Below are positions 39,725 through 53,729 of a DNA stretch of 64,000 nucleotides, one piece after another. The DNA lies in the NCBI GenBank assembly GCA_964016885.1, contig OZ024742.1, forward strand, positions 208,754,001 to 208,818,000, given 5' to 3'. The translations under genes and the position numbers were made by a program. Below the pieces are notes generated by a model, which was given only the letters and a program-made list of their open reading frames with translations, searched no databases and was not told the origin of the DNA. Source of the DNA: Eledone cirrhosa (taxonomy: Eukaryota). Every line of letters starts with the position of its first letter. Positions within the stretch are counted from its first letter, which is position 1.

Positions 39725-40160
39725 AATTTCTTGGAGGAATTTGTCCAAAAACTTTTGAATTTTATGGGATCTTTTTCTTTTTTTTATGTGCTTTGGTGTA
39801 ATTTTAAACAGAGCGGGACTAGTTGGGTTGAAATAATAGTGCCGTAATGAGATGCGAGTTAGGGTTCTGTTGTGGGCGAATAGCATCAGGCCCAGGTCTT
39901 AGATGTATTTTAAAGAGGATGACAACATCATTTAGGAAATGCTGATAGAATGTTTTTCTCATCATGAAGATTATGTTGTAGAGTTTGAGCATTTCTCGTC
40001 TATCCCAATAGACAAGGCCGTTTTGTGATTGAGGTCTGAATTTACAATTGGTGAATATGTCTTACTTTCTGCTGTTTATGTAAGGTGAGAGGCGTTTATA
40101 TGAACATACACATATTTATTCCTATAGATTCTGAAATGTCATCGGCCAAGATCAATGATT
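39725..40160 (-). mobile_element. Older CR1-like LINE 3' fragment
   Basis: DNA similarity to 36200-36480 (gaaataatagtgcc, caacatcattt, tgctgat). Confidence 0.55.
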
Positions 40161-40346
40161 AATAGAGTATTTGCTTTTGAGTATTTTCTGTGAGTATATA
40201 TATGCTAATAGTATCTATGTAATTAGTTATATATTATGTATGGGTACATAAAATAAAAGCTACTTACAAACATGCGTGTGCATATTTGTAAGTAGGTTTT
40301 GTTTTATGTAACATGCTTGCACACACACACACATGAACATACTCCC

Positions 40347-40397
<51 letters not shown>

Positions 40398-40550
40398 GCC
40401 AATCATATAAGTAATATAGAATATGCGTCAATCAATCCCGGTTGGAGCAGTATAAATGAAGTAATTCCGTCGGAAAAGAACAGGAAAAAAAGAGTGCTCT
40501 ATGTAGGTTGCAGAGCTTATTAGTCATGTAATAAACAAGATAAGATAATT

Positions 40551-40612
40551 ATTTCATTTACCAGTGGTTTCTTGAAAGCAAACAAATCTGCTTTCAGACG
40601 TCAGAATGAAAC
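40551..40612 (-). ncRNA. Type I HHR with A9U core variant
   Basis: Reverse complement: tttcatt-CTGACGT-ctgaaagca...tgctttcaa-GAAAC-cactg-GTA-aatgaaa; 7-bp stem I. Confidence 0.7.
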
Positions 40613-41113
40613 AATCCTGGTATTTTTTTTGAAAGTGGATGTGAAAACAAAAACATAAGAAATATGAAAGTGAGGCTGAGGGAAGAAGAAAACAGATTAT
40701 AAATAATAAGTATATAAACACACACACGCACACACAATTATACATATATAATTATATATATACATATAAACACACATAAATACACACACACACATACATA
40801 TATATGTACACACACATACATACATATATATATACACACACACATATATATAAAAAATAAATAAAAATAAATAAACAAACATATACACACTCGACCACGC
40901 GCATGTACTTAAAAATAAGCTGTCACATCAACAGGCATAGAAAATACATATACATGAAGTTATAATAATAAATAAATAAAAGTAAAAAGTAATTAAAGTC
41001 AAATATAACAATAAAAAATAGAAAAAATGAAAAAATAGCACGTTGACAACGATACAAGAGAGGAAAAAACAAATAAAAGTAAACAAACACACGTGGTAAG
41101 CAGTTGCACAAAA

Positions 41114-41148
<35 letters not shown>

Positions 41149-41188
41149 CATACACATACATATATACACACATAAGTAAATATGCACG

Positions 41189-41256
<68 letters not shown>

Positions 41257-41406
41257 AGAAGGGATATTCAATTTGTTGGAAATCCGACAAATATAAATAT
41301 AAATGTTTATAACTGATTTAGAGCACTAAACATGTTCCTGGAATAAATACCAATGATATTAAATATTTTATATCTTTGTATATATATATATATATATATA
41401 TTATTT

Positions 41407-41660
41407 ATTTACGTAGACCACGGAGCAAATGCGCATAAACGCACCTGTACCGTGTCGTATTTGTGACAGTATTGTATAAGCTCAATGTACGAGAACAGAG
41501 CCGTTATATGTAAAAGAAATCAAAGAACGCCTACATACTCATACAATTTTTTTTTTGCTGACAATGTTTGACCTATACCATTGGGCAGGAATCATCAGAG
41601 CTTTATAAACAAAAATACAGTGCTGAGTATAAGCTCTACCGAGCTTAGTCACATGAACAT
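41407..41660 (-). repeat. PLE terminal repeat with decayed HHR (family of 58728-60780)
   Basis: Matches 58728-58980. Reverse complement 41557-41601: gct-CTGATGA-...-CAAAC-att-GTC-agc. Confidence 0.75.
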
Positions 41661-41689
41661 TAGAAATACAATAGAGGGCAACAAGAGGG

Positions 41690-42730
41690 CGCTCGACACT
41701 TCCAATAATTTTGACTTCACCATGGGTTCGTCGGATTCAGCTCAATTGAACGTCTAGGTTGGAATTTTCATCTTGAACTCTTTAAACCGGAAAATTCCTC
41801 AACTTCGCGGTGGAATTTATCGTGATGATGCTCTTTTTAATGTCTCTAATTGAAACAAGTAAACTTTAATATTATTAAGAAAAATATACTTGATCTATTT
41901 AAACGTCTTAACTTAAAAATTGAATTCGAAAATAATGATAAATTAGCAAATTTCCTTGATATATCCCTTAATCTAGATAACCGCCTATATTGCCCATATC
42001 ATAAGGATAATGACAACCTAAATTACGTTAACGTTAAATCTAACCCCCCCCCCCCCTCTAATAATGCTAAAACTGCTATAGTCAGAAGGGTAGAAAAAAG
42101 AATTTCTAATTTATCCTCTAATAAAGATATCTTCGAAGCTAATGCGAACTATTATAATAATGCGTTTTCTAGGGCTGGATATCCAGACAAAATTAGATAT
42201 ACTAAGGAAACTAATCTTGGCAGAACTTATAGTAACTATAGTAATGTAGCTAGTAATAATCATACCACTAACAAAAGGTGGAGACCTAGATATAAAAATA
42301 TCCTTCGGTACAACGCTCCCTTTCCGTTATTAATAATATCCCTAAATTATTTTTTAGGGCTTTATATAACAGCTTCCCTCCTTCACATATATATAGCAAG
42401 ATTTTCAATGAGCATACTGTTAAATTCTCATATTCCACTACTTCCAAAATTTCTAAAATTAACTCAAGACACAATTCTAAAATATTAAATAATAACTCAT
42501 ATGCATCCAACCACGAGAGTCATAATAATAACCGACGTCAATGTAAACTCTAGGCAAAATAACACAAGTATAAATACGACGTCAAATGTAACATTGAGGA
42601 ATGTTTCAAATAGTAATGTAAATCTGAAAACTTTAGCACCTCTTTTAGCTAATTCCACCACTCCAGTTCTAAATATAATTAATCCTGGGCCACTTGCCAA
42701 TAACTCTGTAAATAATTTTAATCGTAAATC
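41690..42730 (+). mobile_element. Decayed Naiad-type PLE RT/thumb
   Basis: FDFTMGSSDSAQ, GGIYRDDAL, NFLDISLNLD..YCPYHK...YVNVKSN...RISNLSS. Confidence 0.85.
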
Positions 42731-42734
42731 CAAC

Positions 42735-44045
42735 TGCCCTCCTCTTGCAATTCCTCATTATCATCTTATCAATAAGTAACTGGTCCTTTGTACCACGGGA
42801 CTCCTTTGGGCATCCTTTCTGTTCGTCCGGTAACAAGTTGTTTGTGTGGAGGTGATGGTAGATTTCCTCAGACATAATGCTTCTTAACAATTTCCACATT
42901 ACGGATAGACATATGATAGGTCTATAGTTGGTAACCTCATTGCCCTTGATTCGGTCTTTCATTACCACGCTGGTACCTCACCCGACATCAAGCAGTCATT
43001 GAACATGGTTGTCAGTTTCGGGTGGAGGGATGTTATATTTTTAATCCAATACCCCTGCACACCATCAGGGCCTGGTGATTTCCAGTTGGTTAGTTTTTTG
43101 GCCAGCCCTTTAAGAGTTTCAGCTGTGATACTTAAATCAGTTTGTTGGTGTCCTTGTTCACTAATCTCCTTGTGTACTGTCTCAATCCACACTGCCTGAT
43201 CATTATGTTCAACATCCTGCTCCCATATTCCTCTCCAGAATGTCCTACTCTGTTCCGCCTCAGGGATCAAGTCGTTGCCTCTTTCTTTCCCTTCACGCCG
43301 CCCAAACAAGATCTTCTGGTTGTTGTCAAACATGCGGTTCTGTCTATACTGACTGACTCTGCTCTTGTATCGCCTAATCTTTGCACTCTTTGTTACAATG
43401 CGTTGCTTCAGTTCCTCTATGATAATATTTAGCTTTTTCCTCCTAGTTTTGTACTTTATTTCCAGTCTATTTTTAGTGTCTATGTTTTTTAGTGTCCCAT
43501 TCAGTAGGGACTCGAGCTTTCCAAAGTCATTTCTCATTTCCCCGAATTGACCATTCAGTCGTTTCTTCCACTAAGGTTTTGATCTTTCTTGTTTGTTGTT
43601 TCCTCTCGTTTTTATACCAAGTAATATCCTCACCGCATTTGCTGCTTCTTTGAGGATATTGTTGTATTGGTGAAGGTTCCTCGCCTCAAGGTATGGGATG
43701 ACTTTGTTTAACTTAGCTGTTGTTTCTTTTAACTTCTTCCTGTCTACAAATCTTTGGTTCATAGGTTTCCCAATATCATTGTTCATTTCATCTTCCATTA
43801 AGTTTAGGATATCAACCAAATCTTGTCCTAGCCCGTCAGCATTCATTTCCTCAATGGCCGTATCTTTGTTCCAGATGTTATTTATGTCAGTATTCAGATC
43901 ATTGTCTGCTTCGAATGGTTCCTCTGGTCTCTCAACCTCTTCACCTTCATTTCCCACTGGCTTGTTTGCCTGGCATACTCCACTTTCCATTTCCAACCGA
44001 ATCTCTCTGCTCAGTTCCTCCAGTTCCAACTCGCTTATCCATCCG
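42735..44045 (-). mobile_element. R4/Dong-clade LINE fragment (N-terminus to early RT)
   Basis: ELKQRI..KSAKIRRY..R..QYRQNRMF, WKSPGPDGVQGYWIK, YRPIICLSVMWKLL, EQKGC...SRGTKDQLLIDK. Confidence 0.88.
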
Positions 44046-44049
44046 ATAT

Positions 44050-47000
44050 TATTATTATTATTATTATAGTTGCATTTATCTTGCTTTATGTTCATACGAG
44101 TTATCACCAAGTCACAACCAGTGACCTCAAGAGACCACAAGGTCCGCCATGTTCAAGACAGAACATACATATACACACATGCATCTTTGGGTGTTTAGAC
44201 TTGTGATGTACTTATATTGACAGAATCTTCCTTAGTATATGGGCAGTTCTCATTAGTACTATCTTTTGTATTTCTCCTATATGCGGGTTTCCTGGAATTT
44301 GCGATAAGTAATCATTGACCCCTTAGGTATCATTCCTAGAGCGCCTACAATCACTGGTATTGTTTTAGTTCTCAATTTCCACATTTTTCCAATTTCTATC
44401 TCCAGGTCCTTATACTTGCTCAATTTTTCAAATGTTTTTATAGATACATTCTTGTCTATTGGAACGGACATATCAATTAGCAGGCATATCCTCTTTTTAA
44501 AGTCCTTCAGTATTATAGCAGGTTTATTTGCATCTATTTTTCGGTCTGTTTGGATGCTAAAGTTCCACAAGATTGAGATGTGATCTTTTTCAAGTATAGG
44601 AGGTGGTTGATGCTCCCACCAATTATTTTGATGGGGCAGGTCAAAATGCTTACACATTATCCAATGTATGTATTGTGCAGCTCTGTCATGCCTGTTTAGG
44701 TATTCGGTTGGAGGTATAGGACTGCACATTGAAATAATATGATCAATGGTCTCTGGTTGTTTTTTAAATACACGGCATAATGGGTTGCATCCATTTTTCA
44801 TTATGTTGGCTTGGTAATTTTTTGTTTTGCAGACACTGATCTTGTACTGATATAATCAGTCCTTCACTCTCCGATTTCAATCGAGAGGATGCCAACCACT
44901 GATGGGTTAAAGTTTTGTCAACATCAGGATTGTTAGCTCTTTCTGTGTATTTTCCATACAGAGGCTTTTCTTGCCATTTCTTAGCCAGTTTCTGTAGCAG
45001 TTCTTTCTATGCAGTTACTTTTACCTGCTCTGCTTTTTCTGTTTTCCATTTCAGCAGTAAATGGGACTTCTGGAATGTGTAGTTCATTACTGTATCTTTG
45101 TGCATGTTTTGTAATGGAGTATGATCTTTTGATGCTTTCGTGCTTCAAAACGAGTTTGATCATCCAATCATTAGATTCCCCTAGATATGTAGATGATCCA
45201 ATTGTTGCAGTTTTCAACGCAATATTTACCTGGATTAACCCACGTCCTCCTACTTTCCTAGGGAGATATATTATATCTGTATCTGCCTTGGGGTGATGCA
45301 TTCTGTGCATGGTTAAGAATTTTCTAATTTGTGTATCGAGCCTACGGATCTCTGTGCTTGACCAGTTGATGATATTGTAACTGTAGGTTACTACTGGTAG
45401 GGCAAGCGTGTTTATGGCATCGATCCTATTCCTTGCATTCAATTTCGTTCTTAAGATTGCCCTTACTCTGCGGTAACATTCCTTCCTTATCATTTCCCTC
45501 ATTGTTGAGTGCTTGATTCCGTCTCCTTCACAAACATCTAGATATTTGTAAGTTTCATCTTGATCAAGTTCTCTTATCACATTCCCCCGATCAAGAATAA
45601 TGTATGAACTTTTCAGCATCTTTCCCGTGGTGCATTTATGTAGTCCAAACTCCATTTTAATGTCATCACTGAATTGCTCTACATTGGAAAATAGCCCTTG
45701 CAATTGTTCATCACTTTTTGCAAATAGTTTCAGGTCATCCATGTAGAACAAGTGATTAATGGTTTTGTCATAGACTTTATATCCATGTTTTGTTTCATTG
45801 AGCATTTTACTTAATGGTATAAGTGTGATGCAGAATAAAATCAGTGATAAAACTCACCCTGAAAAATTCCACAATTAATATTAACTTCTCCAGCTTCCAG
45901 TGATTTTTTTTCACTATTCAAAAGGAGTGTCGTTTTCCATGTATTGATACAAAATGACAGGAACTTCCTGACAACGGGAGATAATTTTGAAAATCTCTAA
46001 ACATTTTCCAATCCAACTGTGTGGCAAACTATCGAATGCTTTTTTATAATCTATACAAACAATCGATATATTTTTGTGTATATTATGACAATCTTCCAGT
46101 ATCATTTTGTTAACCAAAAGCTGATCCTTACAGCCATATGAGCCTCGTTTACACCCTTTTTGCTCATTGGGAAATAGGTCATTTGTTATCAGGTGGTCAT
46201 ATGTATATTCAGTTAGGATTGATATTAAAATGTTATACATTGTGGTCAAGCAAGTTTTCGGTCTGTAACTTTTGGGATTGTTTGTCTCATCATTCTTTGG
46301 AAGCAAGAATGTAATGCCGTTAACTAGCCATGATGGTATCTTTTCTGGCTCCTTAACTATTTCATTGTAAAGTTGGGCTAACAGCTCATGAGACTCTGTG
46401 AAGGCATTTATCCAAAAATTTGGTATTTTGTCTTTTCATGGGGGATTTCCATTTGCTGGTTTTACTAAGAGCCAAACGCCACTGTTCAACTGTTATATTT
46501 TCCCATATTTGTTTCTCAAGGTGAGCTGTATCTTCCATGTGTCTGTCTATCCATGGGTCATGTATTTTATGAACTTTTTCTTCAGCCCAGATCTTTTCCG
46601 AGAATTCTTGCACCTTCTCCTTGGGTGGTATTGATTTAGCAGTTATTGTTGACTTGCCAATTTTTCTGTAGAAGTTTCTTTGGTTGTTTTTGAACATATT
46701 ATTGTCCTTATATAATCTAGATCGTTTTTCAAAGCGCCTTATACAAGCAGCTTTGGCCGACACTTTTTGCTTGATTATTTCTATCAGCATGTCTATGTCT
46801 CTTGTTTATTTTATACTGTATTTTCTTCTCAATTTTCTAAGTTTTGTTTGTTTAACATGTTCACCTACTTTGTAGTTTGTTAACATTTCTATGTCAGATC
46901 GGAGAAGGTTTATTTGACGATTGATGTTCTCTTGCCAAAGGGGTTTCTTGTGGGAATTCCTTTGTTTTTTTCATTTTCACTCCACATAAGTGAGTGATGA

Positions 47001-47995
47001 CTTTAGCCGATGCATAATAGAGATGATTTAAATCAGTAAAGTTTAGTTTGTTTGTGATGATAATGTTTTTGAGAATTATGTTAGTCTTGTGTATTATCTT
47101 TTGGTTCAGTATGGAGTTCTGGATCTTAAGGAGGGTGTCTCGTTCCCCCATGTCAGATTCTTTCATTTTCATCCATTCGATCATAATTTCATCCTTCAAG
47201 TTGGCAAGTACATTCTCATTCATTTCTTTATCATTTATGATCTCATTGTTTTCATTTTGAGTTTCATCTTGAACATGCACTCCCTCCACTTTTTCGATCC
47301 TTTCTTTAATTTGTTCTGTTGTCAGGAATTCGAAGTGTTACAATATACCTCGTTTTCACTGACACGTTTCATTTTCCCTTCGATGACTTTGTGTTAATAG
47401 CTTGATCTGATCAATTTCTATATTGGTTAGTTTGTTACTGTCAATATAGCCTCTGTTTTCGGGATGTTTCTTTTTCCAGTTGATATATTTCTGTTCTGTA
47501 TTCGATCTATTTGATGGGTAGTAAATGGCAGTGTAGAAAGCCTCAAGGACTTCTTTATTATCTTCCCTTGACCATTTTTCTCTCTTTTCTTTGGATTTCT
47601 TGGTGATGAGCATAGAGGGCCAACAGTAGGAGTATTCCGTTTATGGGAGGTCTCCAGCTCTGAAGTAAAGGGAAGGTTTGAACCATTAGCTGATTTTTCG
47701 ACCCCATTCTGGTTCCTCTCTGAGGGACGCGGCCCTTTTTTACCCGGGTGACGGCCGATCCGGTATGAGATTTTATCATTTGACATTTACTTTATTTTGT
47801 CGCGCTTTATGTTTAACCGCCAAGGGGTAATCATTTCGTGTTACCACTTCTAGGACGAGTGTCAACCAAGACAAGAGGCGTCGTCCTCCCCTAGAGACAC
47901 GGCTATTCCCCGCTGGCCCTTGGTCACGGGGTTTTCTTTTTTGTTGTTTTTTAAATTGTTATGATCATGAGTGATTCCTTAATGTGAGCATTGCG
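44050..47995 (-). mobile_element. Near full-length decayed R4/Dong LINE (RT plus restriction-like endonuclease)
   Basis: IDYKKAFDSLPHSW, HLFYMDDLKLF, C..ETIDHIISMC, RHD, NKP.II, LIDMSVP.D, EKLSKYKDL, IPVIVGALG. Bordered by (TAA)n; multiple frameshifts. Confidence 0.93.
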
Positions 47996-48461
47996 TGGCT
48001 TAAAAATGAAATTATTATTAATAATATAATATACTTTTTGTTGAAGTTATTGTTGTTGGCTATGTCGGTGGTGGTACTGGGGCTTTTTATATTGTTGGTG
48101 GGGAAGGGCTGAGCCAACAGTGCCATACTCGTTGACGTTTGACCGGGTCACTAAATCAGTCAACTTATATATTTTGCTAGCCTCTCCCTTGTCTAGTGAT
48201 ACCGCCACCTTCCCCTTTCTTAAGTTAATAGACGCTAATGAGGGAATAGTGGTGGTAGCAATGAAGGAGTGGTGGCGGCGGTGACTATAGTGATGGCGTC
48301 GTCGTTACGGAGTTTTGTTAAATAGACTGTAGTATATGCGTTTGTTTGATCTGTGTATCTATGCGGTTTGTCGAGTATGTTCAATATATATGTTGACATA
48401 TTTTCTTAATATTTAAATTAAACATTTTGAGAAAACTTGAGATACAATAATAGTAATTATC

Positions 48462-50640
48462 GATAATTTCAGGCCCATAACCCCGCTAAACGCAAAGTTC
48501 AAGCTTTTGTCCAAGGTGTTAGCAACGAGGTTGGCGCTTGTCGTCAAGGGTCTGGTGAGAGAGGCGCAGACATGAGCCATTGCGGACAGATCCATACACG
48601 ACAACCTCCACCTCATGCGATACATCGTAGAGAGGGTGGTTAAGGAACCTGGCACTGGTGGGGCACAGACCAACTTGGATCAATCCAAAGCATTCGATAG
48701 GGTCAACCATGGGTACCTGGCGCGGTCCTCGAGGCAGCCGGTTTCGGGCCCGTTTTCAGGGATTGGATCGCTGAGATGAACAGCGAAAATTTGCTCCGTT
48801 GTGAGGTTGAACTGTCACCTGTCGCAGCCGTTCAGCATCATGCGCTCAGTCCGCCAGGGTTGACCTCTCTCGTCACTCTTGTACGTATTGGCTCTCGAGC
48901 CGTTACTGCACAAACTGGGGGGCGTCCCACGCGAACTAGGTTGCGGGAAATCCGAGTCGGCTTACGCCGGCGACATCACCGGATTGGTGTCGAGCACCAG
49001 ACACGTCCAGATGCTCGACACCGCTCTCAAGGAATACGAAGCGGTGACAGGAGCAAAGATAATCCAGGAAAAGTCGGTGGGCTTGCAGCTCGGCACCTGG
49101 AGTGGAAAGTCCATGCAGTCCGACAGCGTCGTGGGGCGTTGGACGGACGGACGGGTTAAATTGCTCGGGGTCTGGTTCGGAACCGGACCTCCAGATGGAG
49201 AAAAAACTAGAACGAGGTGACGAGCAATGTGGCCTACCTCACCCAGAAATGGGCCGAGAGGAAGCTGTCCCTGAAATGCCGGGCGGAGGTGGCGAATGAG
49301 TACATCGCATCCGTCATCTGCTACCGCCTCACCGTCGTCCCTTGCTCCGGCCCAACTCTCACCAAAATGGAGCGCCTCCTCTTCCGCTTTTTGTGGAAGG
49401 ACACGCTCCCATGTTCAGACGATCCATTTGCTGTCAACACCGTTGCGTGGAGAACTGGGCATGCCATGGATGATGATGCGCAAACATGCGCTGAGGCTGC
49501 GACATCTATGGTACTTCCTTGACGGTGAACATGTGTGGTCGCCGTTCGCCAGGCACGTTTTCTCACAGCTCGTCTCCTTGACGGAGCTGCAGTCCTGAGT
49601 CAGGAAAAGACCGAGACTTAGCGCTTGGAAACCGGAATGTCTCCAGGCACTCACCCCCCTCTGCCAGCTGGGCACCAGTATCGGTGGAACATCCACCTCG
49701 GCGTTCTATAGAGGACCAATGGAGGGGAAGAGTGACGACGTCCTCGGAGAGATCCTGGGCGTCGAAGAAGATCAGCTGTTTGCTCTCTTCCAGAGAACTT
49801 TAAGCCCAGGGCCTATTGATAACTTCCAAAAGTCCCTGGCCTGGCAGTGCTACCGGGGAGAGTTGCCGGTTCGAGATAAGCTCTACAGACACGGAAGGGC
49901 CATCAACCGAGCCTGTCCGAGATGCACGCAGGGCGTCGAAACCGTCCTGCACGCACTCGTTCAGTGTCCGAGGATTGCTGACTTGTGGGGCTATGTCAAA
50001 CAGTTGCTGTCGCGTGTAGGACTGATCTGGTTATCGACTGAGACCATTGTGCAGATGGTCTCGCCGTCTTCCTTCGAGGAGGAAGGGCAGGCGGTTTTTA
50101 TCTGCCTGGTGGCCATGGCGAAAGAGATTGTGTGGTGGACAAGGTTGAAAGGGTTAAAGACAGATACTTACCTCTTCGGCGAATCCCTAATTAACTTTTT
50201 CAAGTTTCACTTGAAGAGAAATAACAGGGTGGAGAGGCAAGTGCTGCCTTCTAGCAAGTTTTTTGAAAGGTGGGTGAATGTAGCGAGAAAGGTCCGAGTA
50301 AACGTGACCGCTCTGAATATACGCCTGTAGTTTGAGAAATGGAAAAATTGAGAGAGGGCGCTTGCCCTGGTGGTCAGCGTGGCCGTGGTCTTTTGTTTGG
50401 TTTTCCCCACGAGTAACCCTCGGAGGTTTCCCCCTATTGGGGAATTTTTCATTTTTTCAATTTTCATTTTTTATTGTTTATATATATATATCTTTCTATG
50501 TCTTTTTTTTCTTTTCCTATATAAATAATAAAAATCTTTACACGCACAAAACCCACATTGTACCGTCCTGTACCGTCCTGTGCCGTGTGTAATGTTTTTC
50601 TTGATGTCAGCCCTTGTGGCCAATAAAGAAATCATCATTA
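48462..50640 (+). mobile_element. 5'-truncated Tx1/L1-clade LINE (RT, zinc finger, 3' UTR)
   Basis: FRPITPLN, LDQSKAFDRV, LYVLALEPLL, AYAGDIT, CPRC...ETVLHALVQCP; (ATT)n tail. Confidence 0.9.
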
Positions 50641-50671
50641 TTATTATTGTTATTGTTATTATTATTATTAT

Positions 50672-50763
<92 letters not shown>

Positions 50764-51269
50764 ATAGTGGTGGTGCTAACAGCATTCTACTGCAAACGTA
50801 CATATGAACTGATTATTTGGAAGATAAGCACAGTTCTACAGAGCGAACAGCTCTGAAGTAGAGAAAAGTCTAACTAAAGGAAGATGAGATAGCAGTGAAA
50901 CAACACAGCGTTGGACGCTATGGAATAGGTGGGGGATTAATCGTACTTGCATTGACTCATTCACATGATATGTTGCATTGGCCATCTGGTCTTTGGCTGA
51001 GTCATACAGTGTAGGAAGTGTACGGAATGTCTATGTTATGGATGGTTGAAATTGAAATTGAAAGAAGTTTCGTTTAGGATCATTTTATATATTTAGTTTT
51101 ATTTCTTTCGTAAAGAAAATAACTTTATTTACATAAATATTATCAAAGTGTATACCATAAGGTAACATTGTAAAGTTAAAGAACGAAACAAAAATGTAAA
51201 GGGAAAAAAGAAAAAGATAAAAGATAATTAAACAATGAAAGAAATGGAGAGAGGGTGAGGGAGCAAACT

Positions 51270-51558
51270 CTGAGTTGCGATTCGGCCGTGCCCAGCAGAG
51301 AGAATGACGAGGATTGACCTGTTTTCTTAGTTTTTGTTTCTCGGATTGTTTGTATATTGATTAGACTTGTTTTTCGGATAATATTGTTGCTCAAATTTGG
51401 AGGATATTTTTTTTTTCTTGAGAAGTATTTTCTTCATCTCTTCGAGCCTTGAGCCTATGGCTGTTGGGTTTGAGACTATTGTACAGATTCACTTCGCTAA
51501 GTTAAATGGAATGTTTAACTTGTGTTTTTCTTGTGTTAAATTGATACTCATTCCTGAC

Positions 51559-51560
<2 letters not shown>
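51270..51560 (-). mobile_element. Neptune-type PLE thumb fragment
   Basis: NIPFNLAK*ICTIVS...RLEEMKKILL...YPPNL, homologous to the 10128-10736 ORF. Confidence 0.65.
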
Positions 51561-51599
<39 letters not shown>

Positions 51600-51603
<4 letters not shown>

Positions 51604-52825
51604 CAATGGCTATCGGGAGTGATAATCCAAATTTTGTAAAAGGGAGACAAGAGAAATTGTGCCAATTACAGAGGGATCTCTTTGTTAAACCTCCCCGGTA
51701 ACCTCTATGCTAAATATCTGGCAAAGAGATGCACGGGGATTGTCGAGTCCAAGTTAATCCATGTACAGTGCGGCTTTCGCTCCGGACGCAGCACAGTCGA
51801 CCAAATATTCACGCTGCAGCTGGTCTTCGAGAAATCATGGGAGTATTGAGAAGATATATATTCTTGTTTTGTCGACCTTGAAAAGGCATATAACCGCATT
51901 CCTCGAGGCCTCTTGTGGAAGGTTCTGCAGGTTATTGTTGCCCTGGTATCTCTATACGAATACCCGTATATTTGTGTTCCGATAAATGGTGCTAAATCGA
52001 AACCATTCAATGTGGGAGTCGGACTCCGCCAAGGATGCCTACTGTCACCTATCCTGTTCATTGTTCACATGAACATGTTTGACAGATGCAGCTGGATTAG
52101 AAGTGGTATCATGATTGGCGGGTATCAAATCAGTCGGCTGGAATAAACAGACGACATTGTCTTATTTAACTATATGTAAATGCGAAAACTATATGTAAAT
52201 GGAGTCCCACTGAAGCAGGTAGAGTACTTCATGTATCTCGAATCCATATTCACAACTGATGGAAGACAGGAGGCTGAATTAAGTGCAAGTATTGCAGCAG
52301 CTGGTGCAGTAATGTGCCAGCTTCAGAATTTGGTAATCAGAAGGGAGGTAGGCGGAGAAGCCAAACTCGCAATTTTCAATTCGGTATTCTTTCCCATCCT
52401 TAAGTATGGTCATGATTCTTGTGTAACAACTGAAAGAATATGATTGCGGATACAAGCGGCCGAAATTGGGTTCCTCCGAGGGGTCATTGGAGTAACGTTA
52501 CTCCATAGAATGCGTAGCTCGGAGATCAAAGAGTCACTGCAGGTAGAGCTGTTACTTCTCCGAATTAAGAGACGACAGCTCCGATACTATGGGCATGTGT
52601 TTAAAATGTCTGAGGAAAGAATGGCTGGAAAAATTTTTCGAGGCAAAACCGATCGGCAGTAGTTCCAGGGGTAGACGTGAACAACATGTTGGGATAACAT
52701 ACATGAGCTCGGAGATCCAGCTAGACCAGCTGGAGACGGTTGCTTCTGACAGGACCCGCTGGAAGAAGAAGAAGAAGAAGCAGAAGAAGAAGAAGAAGAA
52801 GAAGAAGAAGAAGAAGAAGAAGAAG

Positions 52826-52856
<31 letters not shown>
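51600..52856 (+). mobile_element. Decayed RTE LINE RT and 3' end with (GAA)n tail
   Basis: QCGFRSGRSTVDQIFTL, FVDLEKAYN, GLRQGCLLSPILF, QLRYYGHV. Confidence 0.9.
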
Positions 52857-53356
52857 TATATATGTATGAGTGACCACTTTATTAACTTAATTAAAGGCAC
52901 AACAGCATTATATATTTGATTACAAAAATGACTATAACATGTGCGTCTTCATTTGTTATATGCCACCTCGTTTATTATCTCTATATGAAAATATAACGTT
53001 ACGGCAATTAGCCGAAATATAGATAGATTATATCTGTATATAAGCAGAATAGAGTTAGCCGATACAGCGTAAATGAGTATATATATATCACACATGTTTA
53101 GTATATAAACATGTAAATATTCGAAATTTAAGTATTCCCTTCTAAATTGAAAAATGATTGTGAGGTTTATATGTCTATATGCTAAAAACGAGTAAAATGA
53201 TATGCACGTTTACGCAATCCCGGTACTTCTATTCTTGAAATATACAGATCTACTTTGACCTTTTAGCGCATAACTTAATATACATTCACATTCACACACA
53301 CACACACACTCATACACACACTCAAATTCATGTATATATATATATTTTTTTTTTTT

Positions 53357-53670
53357 CTAAGGCGGGTAAAATTCCCGTGATCCATGGACGAGTTCTCTCC
53401 AGCGGTCTCTGTCCCTCATTATCGCTGCCATGTCCTGCGTCTCCAACAGACCAGTGTCTGTCCTTAGGGCATCAACATACGTTAACCTTGGTCTTCCTCT
53501 TCTAGTGTGTCCATGTAGGGGCTCCCAAAGGAGCACTGAGTGCAATGTCACCTCTGGATGTCGGTGAGCATGTCCAGCTAACCTCAGTCTCCTCTGTGTC
53601 ACCTTTGAGCTGACTTTTGGGATGCTCCCATACAGCTCTGAGTTTTTCATCCTCAGTGTATACTGATTAA
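53357..53670 (-). mobile_element. RTE LINE 3' fragment
   Basis: ELYG..PKVS.KV..RRLRLAGH..RH.E...LLWEP.HG..RGRP. Confidence 0.85.
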
Positions 53671-53672
53671 TG

Positions 53673-53729
<57 letters not shown>

